64,000 nt of DNA, from the IMG/VR virus record IMGVR_UViG_3300020048_000138, positions 103 through 64,102 of that record. One strand, 5' to 3'. The DNA comes from a virus. Taxonomy: Duplodnaviria; Caudoviricetes. Below the pieces are notes generated by a model. That model made no database searches. It worked only from the letters and a program-made list of their open reading frames with translations, and was not told where the DNA came from. Made by a program: the position numbers and the translations under genes. Within the stretch, counting starts at the first letter, position 1; each line of letters opens with the position of its first letter. Of this stretch, positions 9,980 to 19,352 are shown piece by piece.

Positions 9980-10968
9980 AGATATGGTTCAAGGTTCTCT
10001 AATGACTGTTTCATTAGTGTTTTTACCGCCTCTGGTTTATTTTTCTTATATGTCTTGTAACAAGCGTACAAAGCTAGTGTCATAGCTATATCTTTAGAAG
10101 CATTAGATTTTAAACCATTTATACCAAGTATTCTACCATACTGAACTGGGTCTACATGTTCTTGTAGTCTGTAGAACTCTTCAACATTACGAAGCAAAGA
10201 TAAGTCTGCCATAAAAGCACTATCATATACTATGTCTCTTTTGTAAGAGTCATACAAGTAGTTACTATTTGTTATTCTTACAACCTCGTCAGCAAGTTCA
10301 TAATCTTTTCTGTATATGTGAAAAGAACCGACTGTGTGATAATAAGCTCCACATTGTACTTTTAACTCATTTGCTATTATTTCCTGAAGTACAGTAAAGA
10401 AATAAACATCATAAGTAGTACCCCACACACAATCATTACTTCTCATTGTGACATGTTGTACTAATTTATTGTCACGGATAAAGAATTGTAAACAAAGTGT
10501 GCAAACTTCATCATTTGTGGGTACTTGATTTGGAGTGTGTAAATGAATTATAGCTTGCCTTGTAAATGGGTCATCTTTTAATTGCTGTATAACTCTTTTG
10601 AATTGGTTAAATTGAATTGTTAAATACTCAACACCTTTGAATATTCTGTGACCATAAGCACTATTTAATGTTTTACCGTCATCTGAGCATCTGTTCCATA
10701 CTTTAGAATAGTAAGAAATAAAGTCAAGTGAATTACTACCCAGAAAATACCAAAGCAATTCACCCGCCATGTAAAATGGATTAGGTTTACGAGCTTTATT
10801 AAACAGTATCCTGTCTCTGCAATTTGTAAAATTAAATGTATGACCTATTAACTCTTTACATTCAATCCCTCTTGGAAATACAACAGAACCTTTCCATTTC
10901 AAACATTCCAATGAATGTACATACGAATTACTAAAATTATCCATAACAACCTCACAAATTAAGTTCAA
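9925..10968 (-). CDS. Thymidylate-synthase homolog of the dCMP hydroxymethylase type (T4 gp42-like)
   Basis: GELLWY, SAYG, DEVCT in place of ThyA PCH, RSNDCVWGTTYD with Asp at the Asn177-equivalent site, GSFHIY. Confidence 0.88.
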   Translation of the reverse strand: MNLICEVVMDNFSNSYVHSLECLKWKGSVVFPRGIECKELIGHTFNFTNCRDRILFNKARKPNPFYMAGELLWYFLGSNSLDFISYYSKVWNRCSDDGKTLNSAYGHRIFKGVEYLTIQFNQFKRVIQQLKDDPFTRQAIIHLHTPNQVPTNDEVCTLCLQFFIRDNKLVQHVTMRSNDCVWGTTYDVYFFTVLQEIIANELKVQCGAYYHTVGSFHIYRKDYELADEVVRITNSNYLYDSYKRDIVYDSAFMADLSLLRNVEEFYRLQEHVDPVQYGRILGINGLKSNASKDIAMTLALYACYKTYKKNKPEAVKTLMKQSLENLEPYLCQSTMWLMEQIGEKLWM

Positions 10969-11425
10969 GTCGTATGTGTTTAACAGACGAAAATAAAAGT
11001 TCGTACGTATCTTTTATACGACATAGTTGTTCTTCGTTTACGTAGTCCTCTCCGCGGTCTCTAGCTCTAGCTACAAGTACTTCTTTTGTATTTGTAACAT
11101 GTATAATAAGACAAGTTAGTTCACTCATCCTTTCTTTTATTTTCATTACGTCCTCTGCATGAAGAGTGGTATTGCCACATCTTACAACCGTTGAATATAC
11201 AAATTCACTAAAGTAGAATCTATCCAAAATGATGTCGGACTCTTTAAGTATATTCATGTACGTATCAAGTATCGCTGGGTCATTTTGTGTTAAATGTTTA
11301 ACTGGAAAGTCTGTGATAAGATGCAACAGGTTGCAGACTGTCGTTTTTCCGGCACAGTCTGGTCCTTCTACGATAATAATTAACTTACTAAAATCAATCT
11401 CTAGCAGGGTGTTTAACATAGACAT
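10952..11425 (-). CDS. dNMP (thymidylate-kinase-like) kinase
   Basis: IIVEGPDCAGKTT P-loop; LDRFYFSEFVY. Confidence 0.85.
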   Translation of the reverse strand: MSMLNTLLEIDFSKLIIIVEGPDCAGKTTVCNLLHLITDFPVKHLTQNDPAILDTYMNILKESDIILDRFYFSEFVYSTVVRCGNTTLHAEDVMKIKERMSELTCLIIHVTNTKEVLVARARDRGEDYVNEEQLCRIKDTYELLFSSVKHIRLELNL

Positions 11426-11436
11426 GAGGCCTCCTT

Positions 11437-11466
11437 AAATAGTAAAGGGGAGTTAAAAACTCCCCT
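11437..11466 (-). terminator. Intrinsic terminator after 11490..12242
   Basis: AGGGGAGTT-AAA-AACTCCCCT hairpin with a T-rich tail on the minus strand. Confidence 0.7.
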
Positions 11467-11489
11467 ATAAGTATCACGTACTGTGTATG

Positions 11490-12242
11490 TTAAGCCTGAG
11501 GTGCAGGAGTAGCATCCGCAGCAGGAGCAACTGGTGCAGCAACTGGAGCCACCGGTCTTGCGGCGATTCTTTCAGCTTTGATTGCTGCTTTCTTTTCCTG
11601 AATTTCAGCTTCTGTGAATTTTGATGCAGAAATCATGTCACGGCGGTTGTTCTTAAGCTGGAAGTGAAGTGCCTGCTCATTAACACCCATTTTTTCAGCC
11701 ATAAGTTTTGCAATGTGTTCCACGCCTTTGTTAACCATCTCAGGGTCTGTGATAAGTGAACCATCTGGGTTCATGCAGAATGTGTAAGCGATTTTGCCTG
11801 CAGCTGAAAACTCTGAACAGAACACAAGGACACCGTTAGGGCCTGTGCATGTAGCTTTGTGAGTAGGATTTCCTCTGTAATTAAGCACAAGTTCGCCTTC
11901 GACTTTGAGGTTAGGGTCCTGTGTCACAGCAGCGATTGCATCCTGTTTAGCTTTCTTTGCAGCTTCACGTGCAGCATTCTTTTCTTCAGCTGTTTTTGCT
12001 TTGATTTCTTTGTCAGCTGTTTTAGCAACAGCTTTCTGTGCCTGAACTTCTTTTGAAGCTTCTTCTGAAATCTGTTCCGGTGACTCACCAGCTTCAAGAC
12101 CTCTGAAAAGTTTGTCGAACATGATTGCTTTAAGGCTTTTCACTTCTTCAGTACCAACAAATTTATACTGAGTCTTGTCGCCTTCCATTCCAATCACTTC
12201 AACTCTTTTGTTTGTTCTTTTTTCAATTCTTACGTCACTCAT
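11490..12242 (-). CDS. Ala/Lys-rich hypothetical protein, monocistronic
   Basis: Own promoter and terminator; AK-rich helical stretch and Ala/Pro tail. Confidence 0.8.
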   Translation of the reverse strand: MSDVRIEKRTNKRVEVIGMEGDKTQYKFVGTEEVKSLKAIMFDKLFRGLEAGESPEQISEEASKEVQAQKAVAKTADKEIKAKTAEEKNAAREAAKKAKQDAIAAVTQDPNLKVEGELVLNYRGNPTHKATCTGPNGVLVFCSEFSAAGKIAYTFCMNPDGSLITDPEMVNKGVEHIAKLMAEKMGVNEQALHFQLKNNRRDMISASKFTEAEIQEKKAAIKAERIAARPVAPVAAPVAPAADATPAPQA

Positions 12243-12312
12243 TTTGTCACTCCATTAATAACGGTTATTAGTAGGAAATTCACACCGCGTAAATTTCCAA
12301 TTTCCATGAATC

Positions 12313-12341
12313 ATTATATCCAATCTTTCGGACTTTTTCAA
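12313..12341 (-). promoter_or_regulatory. Sigma70-type promoter
   Basis: TTGAAA-17bp-TATAAT on the minus strand with an upstream A-tract. Confidence 0.75.
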
Positions 12342-12391
12342 TTTTTTTTTCCACTATTTTCAATTATTTTTCACTATATTATAATATATTC

Positions 12392-13048
12392 TTATTGTAA
12401 TGCCCATCTTAGTACGCCTAAGATGTTCACAGACTGCATATTAGTAATAGGGAAGTAACCAATAGCTTCACCCAGTATTATTTGGGCTGTATTGAAAGAG
12501 TGTTCATTGTCAATTGTGAAGTCCGCTTGAAAGTTAGCATAAGCTTCTGTATTTCTACAAAGTCTTTCTTTTATCATAGCATCAGTTGTTTTAACATCAT
12601 GTTTAAGTGTATATTCTTTAAACAATCTAGCTACTACTTCTTTCTCTGGTAACTTAACATGTACCGTAAAAATAGAATGTTTTAAGTTAGCTTTCTTTAA
12701 GTCTTCCACGCCTTTCGGGTCAACTACAAATACTGACACTACTTGTTTATCAAACTGGTTACGCATAACCCAGTAATAATGATGACCATACTTAGTAAAT
12801 GCTACTATGTTGTTACGTTCATACTCATACACGTATTTCCAGTATTCATCGTTTACATACGTATGGTCATTGTCGTCTTCATTTCTCTTAGCTCTTGTTG
12901 TATATGATTTTATACTTTCCGCAATGTTAGTTAAACCTGGTATAAGGGTTGTAGGATTATTAACAGCCGCATTTAATCTCATTACAAGATTCTCAGCTAC
13001 TGTACTTTTTCCTGTTCCTGATAAACCTACTAAACAAATTATTAACAT
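12392..13048 (-). CDS. Guanylate-kinase-like NMP kinase
   Basis: GLSGTGKST, SYTTRAKR, YGHHYY. Confidence 0.85.
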   Translation of the reverse strand: MLIICLVGLSGTGKSTVAENLVMRLNAAVNNPTTLIPGLTNIAESIKSYTTRAKRNEDDNDHTYVNDEYWKYVYEYERNNIVAFTKYGHHYYWVMRNQFDKQVVSVFVVDPKGVEDLKKANLKHSIFTVHVKLPEKEVVARLFKEYTLKHDVKTTDAMIKERLCRNTEAYANFQADFTIDNEHSFNTAQIILGEAIGYFPITNMQSVNILGVLRWALQ

Positions 13049-13057
13049 ATCAAACTC

Positions 13058-16000
13058 CTACATTAAATTGTCTTCATCATCAAACATACCAATAACAAAG
13101 CACTTTTCTATAAAAGCATTAAATCTAGCTGTCTTTTTATAACCCGCCGTTGTTTTATTTAACATTCTAACTTTAACTAAAGCCTGTATAAGTGTTTTAG
13201 AGTCCTCTTTTGACAGATTTAACATAGCTTCAATGTCACCAGCGTGTAAATAATTCTGCTTAGCAAATATGTCTATGAAGTTAGCAAAATCATTGTCATG
13301 CTTTAAGGATGGGCAATTTTCACTTAGAAACTGTCTTAACTTTGTAAACTGGTCGTCTGTTATAGTATCTTCATTAACTGCTAACTTTGTATAATAATTA
13401 AGTCCACAGGCAGAAGCATTATATAAACTTTTCAAGTACAAGTATATGTATTCTACATGCGTAACTTTTACAACCACTTTTGTGTCTTCGTTTACGCTGT
13501 GCAACAAAATTGCAAGAGCTGTAGAAAGTCTTAATACTTTGTTTCTTTCGTCGGAAGGTGACACTAAAGGAACGTCAGTTGCTTTACCGTATAATGCTGA
13601 TAACTTGGAAGACATCTCAAGGATAGTAGCAACAGTATCATCAGGGAATATTATGTCGTCAGGTGTTCTACTCCACGCAAACAACACACTATGCTTTAAT
13701 ACATTCTTTGTTATTTTCTGTGGATAGTCAGGTATTTTCAAATTGTACTTTGCTGTGTCAACATCAATAGCTTTCATAAAGACACCAAAATCAAACCGTC
13801 TTATGTCTTCATTATTAAACATGTCTTTTAATGAAGCACACCCTTGAGTATAATCAGCTAGTCTTTTACCTTTAGGTACGTTACCTGAAAGTACTGCACG
13901 AACTCTACATGACGTTTCAGCAGTAACTGCTCTTTTTACTTCAAGTTTTCCATCTGACCTAGCTAATGTCATTTGCCCATATTCTTCTTTAGGAATAGCA
14001 CTTGCTTCATCTACCCATATAAATTCTTTGTCTGCTAATGGCCAAGCACCCCATTGAATAAACCAAGACCCTGTACCGTGTTGTTCCATCTTATAAGTTA
14101 AACCTGTTCTTGATGTGGACTCAGCATTAACTCTGGAACCAAGACCACAGTGATTCATAAGTTTTTCTATAAGAGCTGATTTACCAGTTCCTGTGTCACC
14201 TACTACTATAAATTCCAACCAACCTCGTATAGGTGTAGTATCCCAAGGTACTTTAATACGTAAAGCTGAATGATAGGTAAGTAATAAGCCAAGAAGTACA
14301 TCGTCCCTTTCAATTATTTTTGTTACATTACATGTAAGGTCATTTATAATGTCTTCCAACTTTGCATTTATACTCTGGCTTGAGTCTTCTGTACATTGAA
14401 ATAACTGTAAATCAGCAAGTACTTCATCCGTAACAGTAAATGAATCTATAACATCTTGCAACGGTTTTATAGCGTTTACTAGGATTGTACTTTCCTGATT
14501 CTTAGGGTGAGGATATACAAAACCTTCAATCTCATAGTACTTGTTTTCAGTTATGTTCAAAGCACCCATTGAATAAACTTTACGAATAACATACTTACTA
14601 GTAGAGTCTAATCGCTCTGTTGTGTCAGTCATTGGTATAACTAACAACTCTTCCATGTTAACAGTGCTAAGAATAGTATACTCATATTTAATACAAGCAT
14701 TAACACCAGATAAGCCACGAATAACGGCTTTAATGTTATCATCACCTATACCACACATTTGTATAAGTTCTCTGTTTTGGGATGTTAACTCTTTATATGC
14801 TGTTCTGTTTGGTATATTGTACAAAGGACATCCAGCTTTCTTGCATTTAGAATAACACTTGTATTCTATCTTGGAAGGTACTATATAAGGTGTTTGTTTC
14901 TTTCCAGCTACCATAACTTTTGTACGAACTAATTTACCGGAGAAAGAAGCACTACCTGTATTACTTAAATGTAAGTCAGTCGCATCACCCACAGCTTCAC
15001 TTCTTTTTATACAAGGACATAATATACCTGCACAAGGTACTCTTGCATACTCTTCATCTTCATCAACTGGTTTTGGTCCATGCAAAGACCTAATCAAAGC
15101 ACAACCGAATTTATACTGGCCACCGTAAACGGCCCTTATAACATTAGCAGTTGAAGACAGTCTTACTCCAAGTTCAGACTCACCTAATGCAGATGTAAAT
15201 CTTGATACCCAGTCACAAAGAATGTCTCTTGCTTCGTCTTCACCGTATCCGGCTTCTTTGAAGTAACAAGCCAGTTGAACAGTTGCTTGGTTTCTGTCAC
15301 CGTCTTTTTTCCAACCGTTTTTGAATATGTCTTCTACACATACTGGCATGTTATCGTGAGAAAATAAAAACTCAGTAGAATTTGTTACATCTTTAAGTGC
15401 TGATATTTCTCTGTATTGTTTCTCATGTTGTTCATAGAAATTGATAGCTAACTGTCTTTTTCTGTTCTCTAACTTAAGTTGTGTATCAGTATATAAAGGT
15501 TTATGTCTTGGACTTTTAGCAAGTTCCATTATTTCGTCTGTTGTTAAGTCCTTTAATTCATCATAAGTTAATTCATACTTATATAAATTAGTTGAACCGT
15601 GTACACTATTATCAAGCCTTAACATTCTTCGTGCATTATACACGTTAAGGTCTACTGTTTTCAAAAGTAATGTTTTGTCTAGTTTGTATATTAAATAACC
15701 AGCTATGTGTTTATAAATTTTATGTAAATCTTTAGCTGGACTAATATCAAAAGCTTTATCAGCTACTAATAAATGATAACCACGTCTGCCTGAGAAACTA
15801 ATACGTAACTGTTCTTGTTTAATGTCTAAACCTAGGAAAAATTCCACAAGTTTAATCATACTGAAACGAGCACTTTCTACATCGTCTTTTGCGTCTAAGT
15901 CAAACCACAAAGGCGCTATATACTCTTCATCTTTAGTAGGAGTACTTGTCGCGAATTTCTGGATTGTAGCAAAACAATTAATGTTTTTAGCTGTCTTATA

Positions 16001-16102
16001 CTGGAATGTATCAAGTTGTTCTACATTTATTCTGGCCCAAGGTGTGTTTTGTTCATTAACTACGTGTGTAGTATCTACATAGACAAAATCTTTTTTACTC
16101 AT
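13058..16102 (-). CDS. Archaeo-eukaryotic primase fused to an MCM-like AAA+ helicase
   Basis: AEP motifs WFDLD and FSGRRGYH; Cys cluster; Walker A GDTGTGKS; WVDE; RRFD arginine finger; winged-helix-like C-terminus. Confidence 0.8.
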   Translation of the reverse strand: MSKKDFVYVDTTHVVNEQNTPWARINVEQLDTFQYKTAKNINCFATIQKFATSTPTKDEEYIAPLWFDLDAKDDVESARFSMIKLVEFFLGLDIKQEQLRISFSGRRGYHLLVADKAFDISPAKDLHKIYKHIAGYLIYKLDKTLLLKTVDLNVYNARRMLRLDNSVHGSTNLYKYELTYDELKDLTTDEIMELAKSPRHKPLYTDTQLKLENRKRQLAINFYEQHEKQYREISALKDVTNSTEFLFSHDNMPVCVEDIFKNGWKKDGDRNQATVQLACYFKEAGYGEDEARDILCDWVSRFTSALGESELGVRLSSTANVIRAVYGGQYKFGCALIRSLHGPKPVDEDEEYARVPCAGILCPCIKRSEAVGDATDLHLSNTGSASFSGKLVRTKVMVAGKKQTPYIVPSKIEYKCYSKCKKAGCPLYNIPNRTAYKELTSQNRELIQMCGIGDDNIKAVIRGLSGVNACIKYEYTILSTVNMEELLVIPMTDTTERLDSTSKYVIRKVYSMGALNITENKYYEIEGFVYPHPKNQESTILVNAIKPLQDVIDSFTVTDEVLADLQLFQCTEDSSQSINAKLEDIINDLTCNVTKIIERDDVLLGLLLTYHSALRIKVPWDTTPIRGWLEFIVVGDTGTGKSALIEKLMNHCGLGSRVNAESTSRTGLTYKMEQHGTGSWFIQWGAWPLADKEFIWVDEASAIPKEEYGQMTLARSDGKLEVKRAVTAETSCRVRAVLSGNVPKGKRLADYTQGCASLKDMFNNEDIRRFDFGVFMKAIDVDTAKYNLKIPDYPQKITKNVLKHSVLFAWSRTPDDIIFPDDTVATILEMSSKLSALYGKATDVPLVSPSDERNKVLRLSTALAILLHSVNEDTKVVVKVTHVEYIYLYLKSLYNASACGLNYYTKLAVNEDTITDDQFTKLRQFLSENCPSLKHDNDFANFIDIFAKQNYLHAGDIEAMLNLSKEDSKTLIQALVKVRMLNKTTAGYKKTARFNAFIEKCFVIGMFDDEDNLM

Positions 16103-16126
16103 TAGCCGCCTCTTAGTATAAAGTAC

Positions 16127-16146
16127 GGCCCTGGATAACCAGGGCC
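16127..16146 (-). terminator. Hairpin/terminator after 16155..16838
   Basis: GGCCCTGG-ATAA-CCAGGGCC perfect stem. Confidence 0.6.
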
Positions 16147-16154
16147 TTTAGCAA

Positions 16155-16838
16155 TTACTGTTGTAATGTATGTTTTGTTTCGTCAAACATCTCTACTGCA
16201 CTAAATTCGATTGCAATGTAGTTTTCTTTGTCTTTGTTCTGTTTGTCCACAGTTTTCAACCGTGTGATAACGCGGTTTACGCCTGTACCTTTTGGAATAC
16301 CGCGTGCTGCTTCTTTACCTGAATAAAGAGCATAAGCCCACTGTCCATAAGCGATTTTTGTTGTTGGTGCCATTCCGAGAATGTACACTTTAGGAGCATC
16401 TGTTAACAATGACGCCACTGGTACAACAAACGCCATGTAGCGAGACTGAATGTCAGACTCTTCGTAGTTGTCAGCTGACCCTGGGTTGTTCTCGCACCAC
16501 TCTTTGAAAGTCTCGATAGCTCTTTCTTTTGTAAGTTCAGACACGATAAGGTTGCCTTTTTCAGTTGTACCATCTTTTCCCCAGAGAGAAAAGCGCTCTT
16601 CACCTGACGCTATAACAACGTCAAGATTGTCACCGTAATTAAGGTCTGTATTGTCTTTGTCAACAAACTGACCTTTGGCATTAATACTAAGCCAGGTTGT
16701 AAGATGTACGAAGTCAAGTCCAAGGCCTTCATTCGCTATGAGGAAGTCATTTCTTCTTTTTTCAAACATAGCTGTGATAAAAGCCTGACTAGACTTTGCT
16801 ACTTCGTTCTTCTCAGTTTTTGTTACTTCGGTTGTCAT
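16155..16838 (-). CDS. Hypothetical protein, possibly a ssDNA-binding replication factor
   Basis: Position in the replication cluster and beta-rich pattern; function inferred only. Confidence 0.45.
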   Translation of the reverse strand: MTTEVTKTEKNEVAKSSQAFITAMFEKRRNDFLIANEGLGLDFVHLTTWLSINAKGQFVDKDNTDLNYGDNLDVVIASGEERFSLWGKDGTTEKGNLIVSELTKERAIETFKEWCENNPGSADNYEESDIQSRYMAFVVPVASLLTDAPKVYILGMAPTTKIAYGQWAYALYSGKEAARGIPKGTGVNRVITRLKTVDKQNKDKENYIAIEFSAVEMFDETKHTLQQ

Positions 16839-17095
16839 TGTTCACTCCTTAACATGTAGTTAATAATGTCCACTTTTGTGGTTCTATACGATTTTCTTTT
16901 AGCTGTTTCATCCAACACAAAACTGCTAATTGTGCCATCCTTCATAAGGTCACTTGCTGTTCTCTCACACACATCAAGAATGCTAGCTACATTTTCTATA
17001 TCCAGTGTAGGCGGATACTTGTCTAACATTCTTTCCAATTCCATTCTTTTTTCTTCAATACCCATGACTTTCTCCGTAAAATCCATTAAAATCAT
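16835..17095 (-). CDS. Excisionase/MerR-like helix-turn-helix protein
   Basis: YPPTLDIENVASILDVCERTASDLMKDG; probable start at MGIEE after a GGAG SD. Confidence 0.7.
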   Translation of the reverse strand: MILMDFTEKVMGIEEKRMELERMLDKYPPTLDIENVASILDVCERTASDLMKDGTISSFVLDETAKRKSYRTTKVDIINYMLRSEQ

Positions 17096-17104
17096 CTAAA
17101 TTCA

Positions 17105-17132
17105 ATTATATTCATTTATTTTCACTTATCAA
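17105..17132 (-). promoter_or_regulatory. Sigma70-type promoter (copy 1 of a duplicated promoter/leader)
   Basis: TTGATA-16bp-TATAAT; 17078-17123 is identical to 25721-25766. Confidence 0.75.
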
Positions 17133-17147
17133 ATTTTTTATATCCTA

Positions 17148-18836
17148 TTAGTAAAAAAATTTATTAAAGTTAGTAAACAAGTCATCAGATACCTCAGTTT
17201 TGTTTTTTATTCTTGCTGGCATGTTTAAATCTAATCGTGTATACACTTTACGTCTACTATAATATTGATGTTTACACATCTCCACTAAACTATCTACGTA
17301 GTCATACCATCTTGCTACTTTCTTAGGATTTAACGGGTCTGTACGCATAATGCGTCCTATCTCTTGCTCAGTACCACTACCGTCAGCTCTTTTATACTGG
17401 TCGCCTTTTTTAGGTGACACAGTATGTCCTATGTTTAAGTGAGGTATATCTAAACCTTCCTTAGCTAACCGGGTTGCAAATAGTATATGTACGTGTCTAT
17501 TAGCTACACGTTTTAATATAACTTCTCTCTGTGCTTTTGTTACATTAAGTTCAGAAAATTCTTCCTGTGTATAATTTTCTATTTGTACTTCCCACAATTT
17601 ACTTTTTTCATTTTGTCTATAATTAATACAAAGGTATTCAGCAAACATGCGTTTAGCTTCTGCTTCATCTTTTACTGGATGCCATTCTGTACGTATAAGG
17701 CCACCGTGAATAAGTTCTACAACCACACCTTTGTAGCCTTTGTCTGCAAGAACTTTAAGCAAACGCTTTTTCAAAGTAAAAGCATACTCTATAGACTCTG
17801 ACAGTACCATCTGATAATTGCCTGGTTGTATCTCTTTTATTATGTTGTCAATTATAAGTTCTTGTCTAGGTACATCACGTATTAAAGTTCTTACAAAATC
17901 ATGCCAGTTTAAGTTATCGTCACCTGTAAGTATAGCTCCTTGCTCTGTTTCTTTGTAGGATGTACTGTACTGGAACTTTGTAGGCACAAAAATAATCTCT
18001 GGTTTTATAAGTTGACTATCTTTGTACAGTTCCTGCCTGTCTATAGTATGAAGTATAGGACCCACTATGTCTGTTAAAAGAAAATCTTGTCTGTCTTTTC
18101 TTTCCTTTGTAGCTGTTAGACCAAGTATGTAGTGATACTTTAAGTTATATATAACTTCTGAAAAGAAAGGGGAGGGGGCATGGTGAACTTCATCTACTAT
18201 AACTACATTTATAAACTCATTAAGTTCTTTTAGTAAAGCTGGTCTTGCTTGTAATGTTTGAAATGTACATATTATAAATTTTTTGTCACCAAAACTTTGT
18301 TGGTTGTTGCCTATTCTACCTACTTTAATAGGGGACTTAAAAAACTTATTAAGTCGTTCTTCACATTGAGTTGCTAAGTCCAGTGTATGTGTTAACCATA
18401 AAGTTGGCATGTTTAATGAATACGCATAGTACAAGCCCAGTACAGTTTTGCCTGAACCAGCCGGCGCTATTACAACGCCGCTTCTTTCATAAATATCAGC
18501 AAAAGCGTTATCTTGATAATCACGAAGGTCAATCTCCATATTCCATTCAAAATCTAACAGTTGTCGACAAGGTAAATCCTCAGATAGACTATAATTAATA
18601 TTTTCTTTCTTCAAATGTGTCAATACATAATCCAAAGCTGTTTTAGGTAACTTAAGTACGCCATTACAGTAGTTAAATGTTTCTATAGTTTTGTCAATGC
18701 CCCATACACTTTTGTTACGTCTTTTGTTTTCTACGTACAAAGGGTTTTCTGTTGTATGCATGGCCTCAAAATGGCGTCTTTGCATGTAAGGTAAATCTGT
18801 AATTATTAAACAATTTGATACTGTAATGTGTGGCAT
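17148..18836 (-). CDS. SF2 DEAD/DEAH-box helicase (UvsW/XPB-like)
   Basis: LRDYQ, APAGSGKT, DEVHH, GLTAT, EGLDIP, QEIGRIMR. Confidence 0.93.
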   Translation of the reverse strand: MPHITVSNCLIITDLPYMQRRHFEAMHTTENPLYVENKRRNKSVWGIDKTIETFNYCNGVLKLPKTALDYVLTHLKKENINYSLSEDLPCRQLLDFEWNMEIDLRDYQDNAFADIYERSGVVIAPAGSGKTVLGLYYAYSLNMPTLWLTHTLDLATQCEERLNKFFKSPIKVGRIGNNQQSFGDKKFIICTFQTLQARPALLKELNEFINVVIVDEVHHAPSPFFSEVIYNLKYHYILGLTATKERKDRQDFLLTDIVGPILHTIDRQELYKDSQLIKPEIIFVPTKFQYSTSYKETEQGAILTGDDNLNWHDFVRTLIRDVPRQELIIDNIIKEIQPGNYQMVLSESIEYAFTLKKRLLKVLADKGYKGVVVELIHGGLIRTEWHPVKDEAEAKRMFAEYLCINYRQNEKSKLWEVQIENYTQEEFSELNVTKAQREVILKRVANRHVHILFATRLAKEGLDIPHLNIGHTVSPKKGDQYKRADGSGTEQEIGRIMRTDPLNPKKVARWYDYVDSLVEMCKHQYYSRRKVYTRLDLNMPARIKNKTEVSDDLFTNFNKFFY

Positions 18837-18837
18837 A

Positions 18838-19341
18838 CTAATCTCCTAAATATTCAACTATGTCATCAATACATGAAAAGTCTAAAAAACCACTATATGA
18901 ACAGTCTAATTGATACACTTTTAATAAACCTTGTTCAAACATGTGCAAAGGTATATTGTGTTTATGTAATTTTCGCATAGTCCTTACAAGTTCTTTTGCT
19001 CTTACACAATAATATTTGGCACCTGCTTTTGTATTAAAGTTTATTAATAAAATACCAACGTTATCTTTATGTTTAGTTTCAAACACTAACAAATTTTCTA
19101 ACTGTTCATTTTTTATAACATTTAAACCAATTGTGTCTGACGTTGTTTCTTTTACTTCACTAAGTATTCTATATTTTTCTGTAAGTATTATTTCGTCAGC
19201 TGGACTGTTTTGAAACAAACTATCTCTAAGTCGGCATCGCCACAAGTTGGGGACTAAGCCCCAACTCATAGCCACAAATGACTCAAAATCTTTACCGGAC
19301 TCAATAGCAGATTTACCTATTTCAGCACGAGTACGAGCCAT
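18838..19341 (-). CDS. PD-(D/E)xK nuclease, RecU-like Holliday junction resolvase
   Basis: GKDFE...PAD...EVKET. Confidence 0.7.
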   Translation of the reverse strand: MARTRAEIGKSAIESGKDFESFVAMSWGLVPNLWRCRLRDSLFQNSPADEIILTEKYRILSEVKETTSDTIGLNVIKNEQLENLLVFETKHKDNVGILLINFNTKAGAKYYCVRAKELVRTMRKLHKHNIPLHMFEQGLLKVYQLDCSYSGFLDFSCIDDIVEYLGD

Positions 19342-19352
19342 TATTAACCCCT

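Noticed and set aside
13058-16102. Archaeal virus, given the AEP/MCM-like replicase
   Set aside because: Peptidoglycan amidase, SLT-like enzyme and spanin-like genes indicate a bacterial host.
16835-17095. Excisionase-like gene as evidence of lysogeny
   Set aside because: No integrase, repressor or att site seen; this HTH fold is common in lytic phage regulators.
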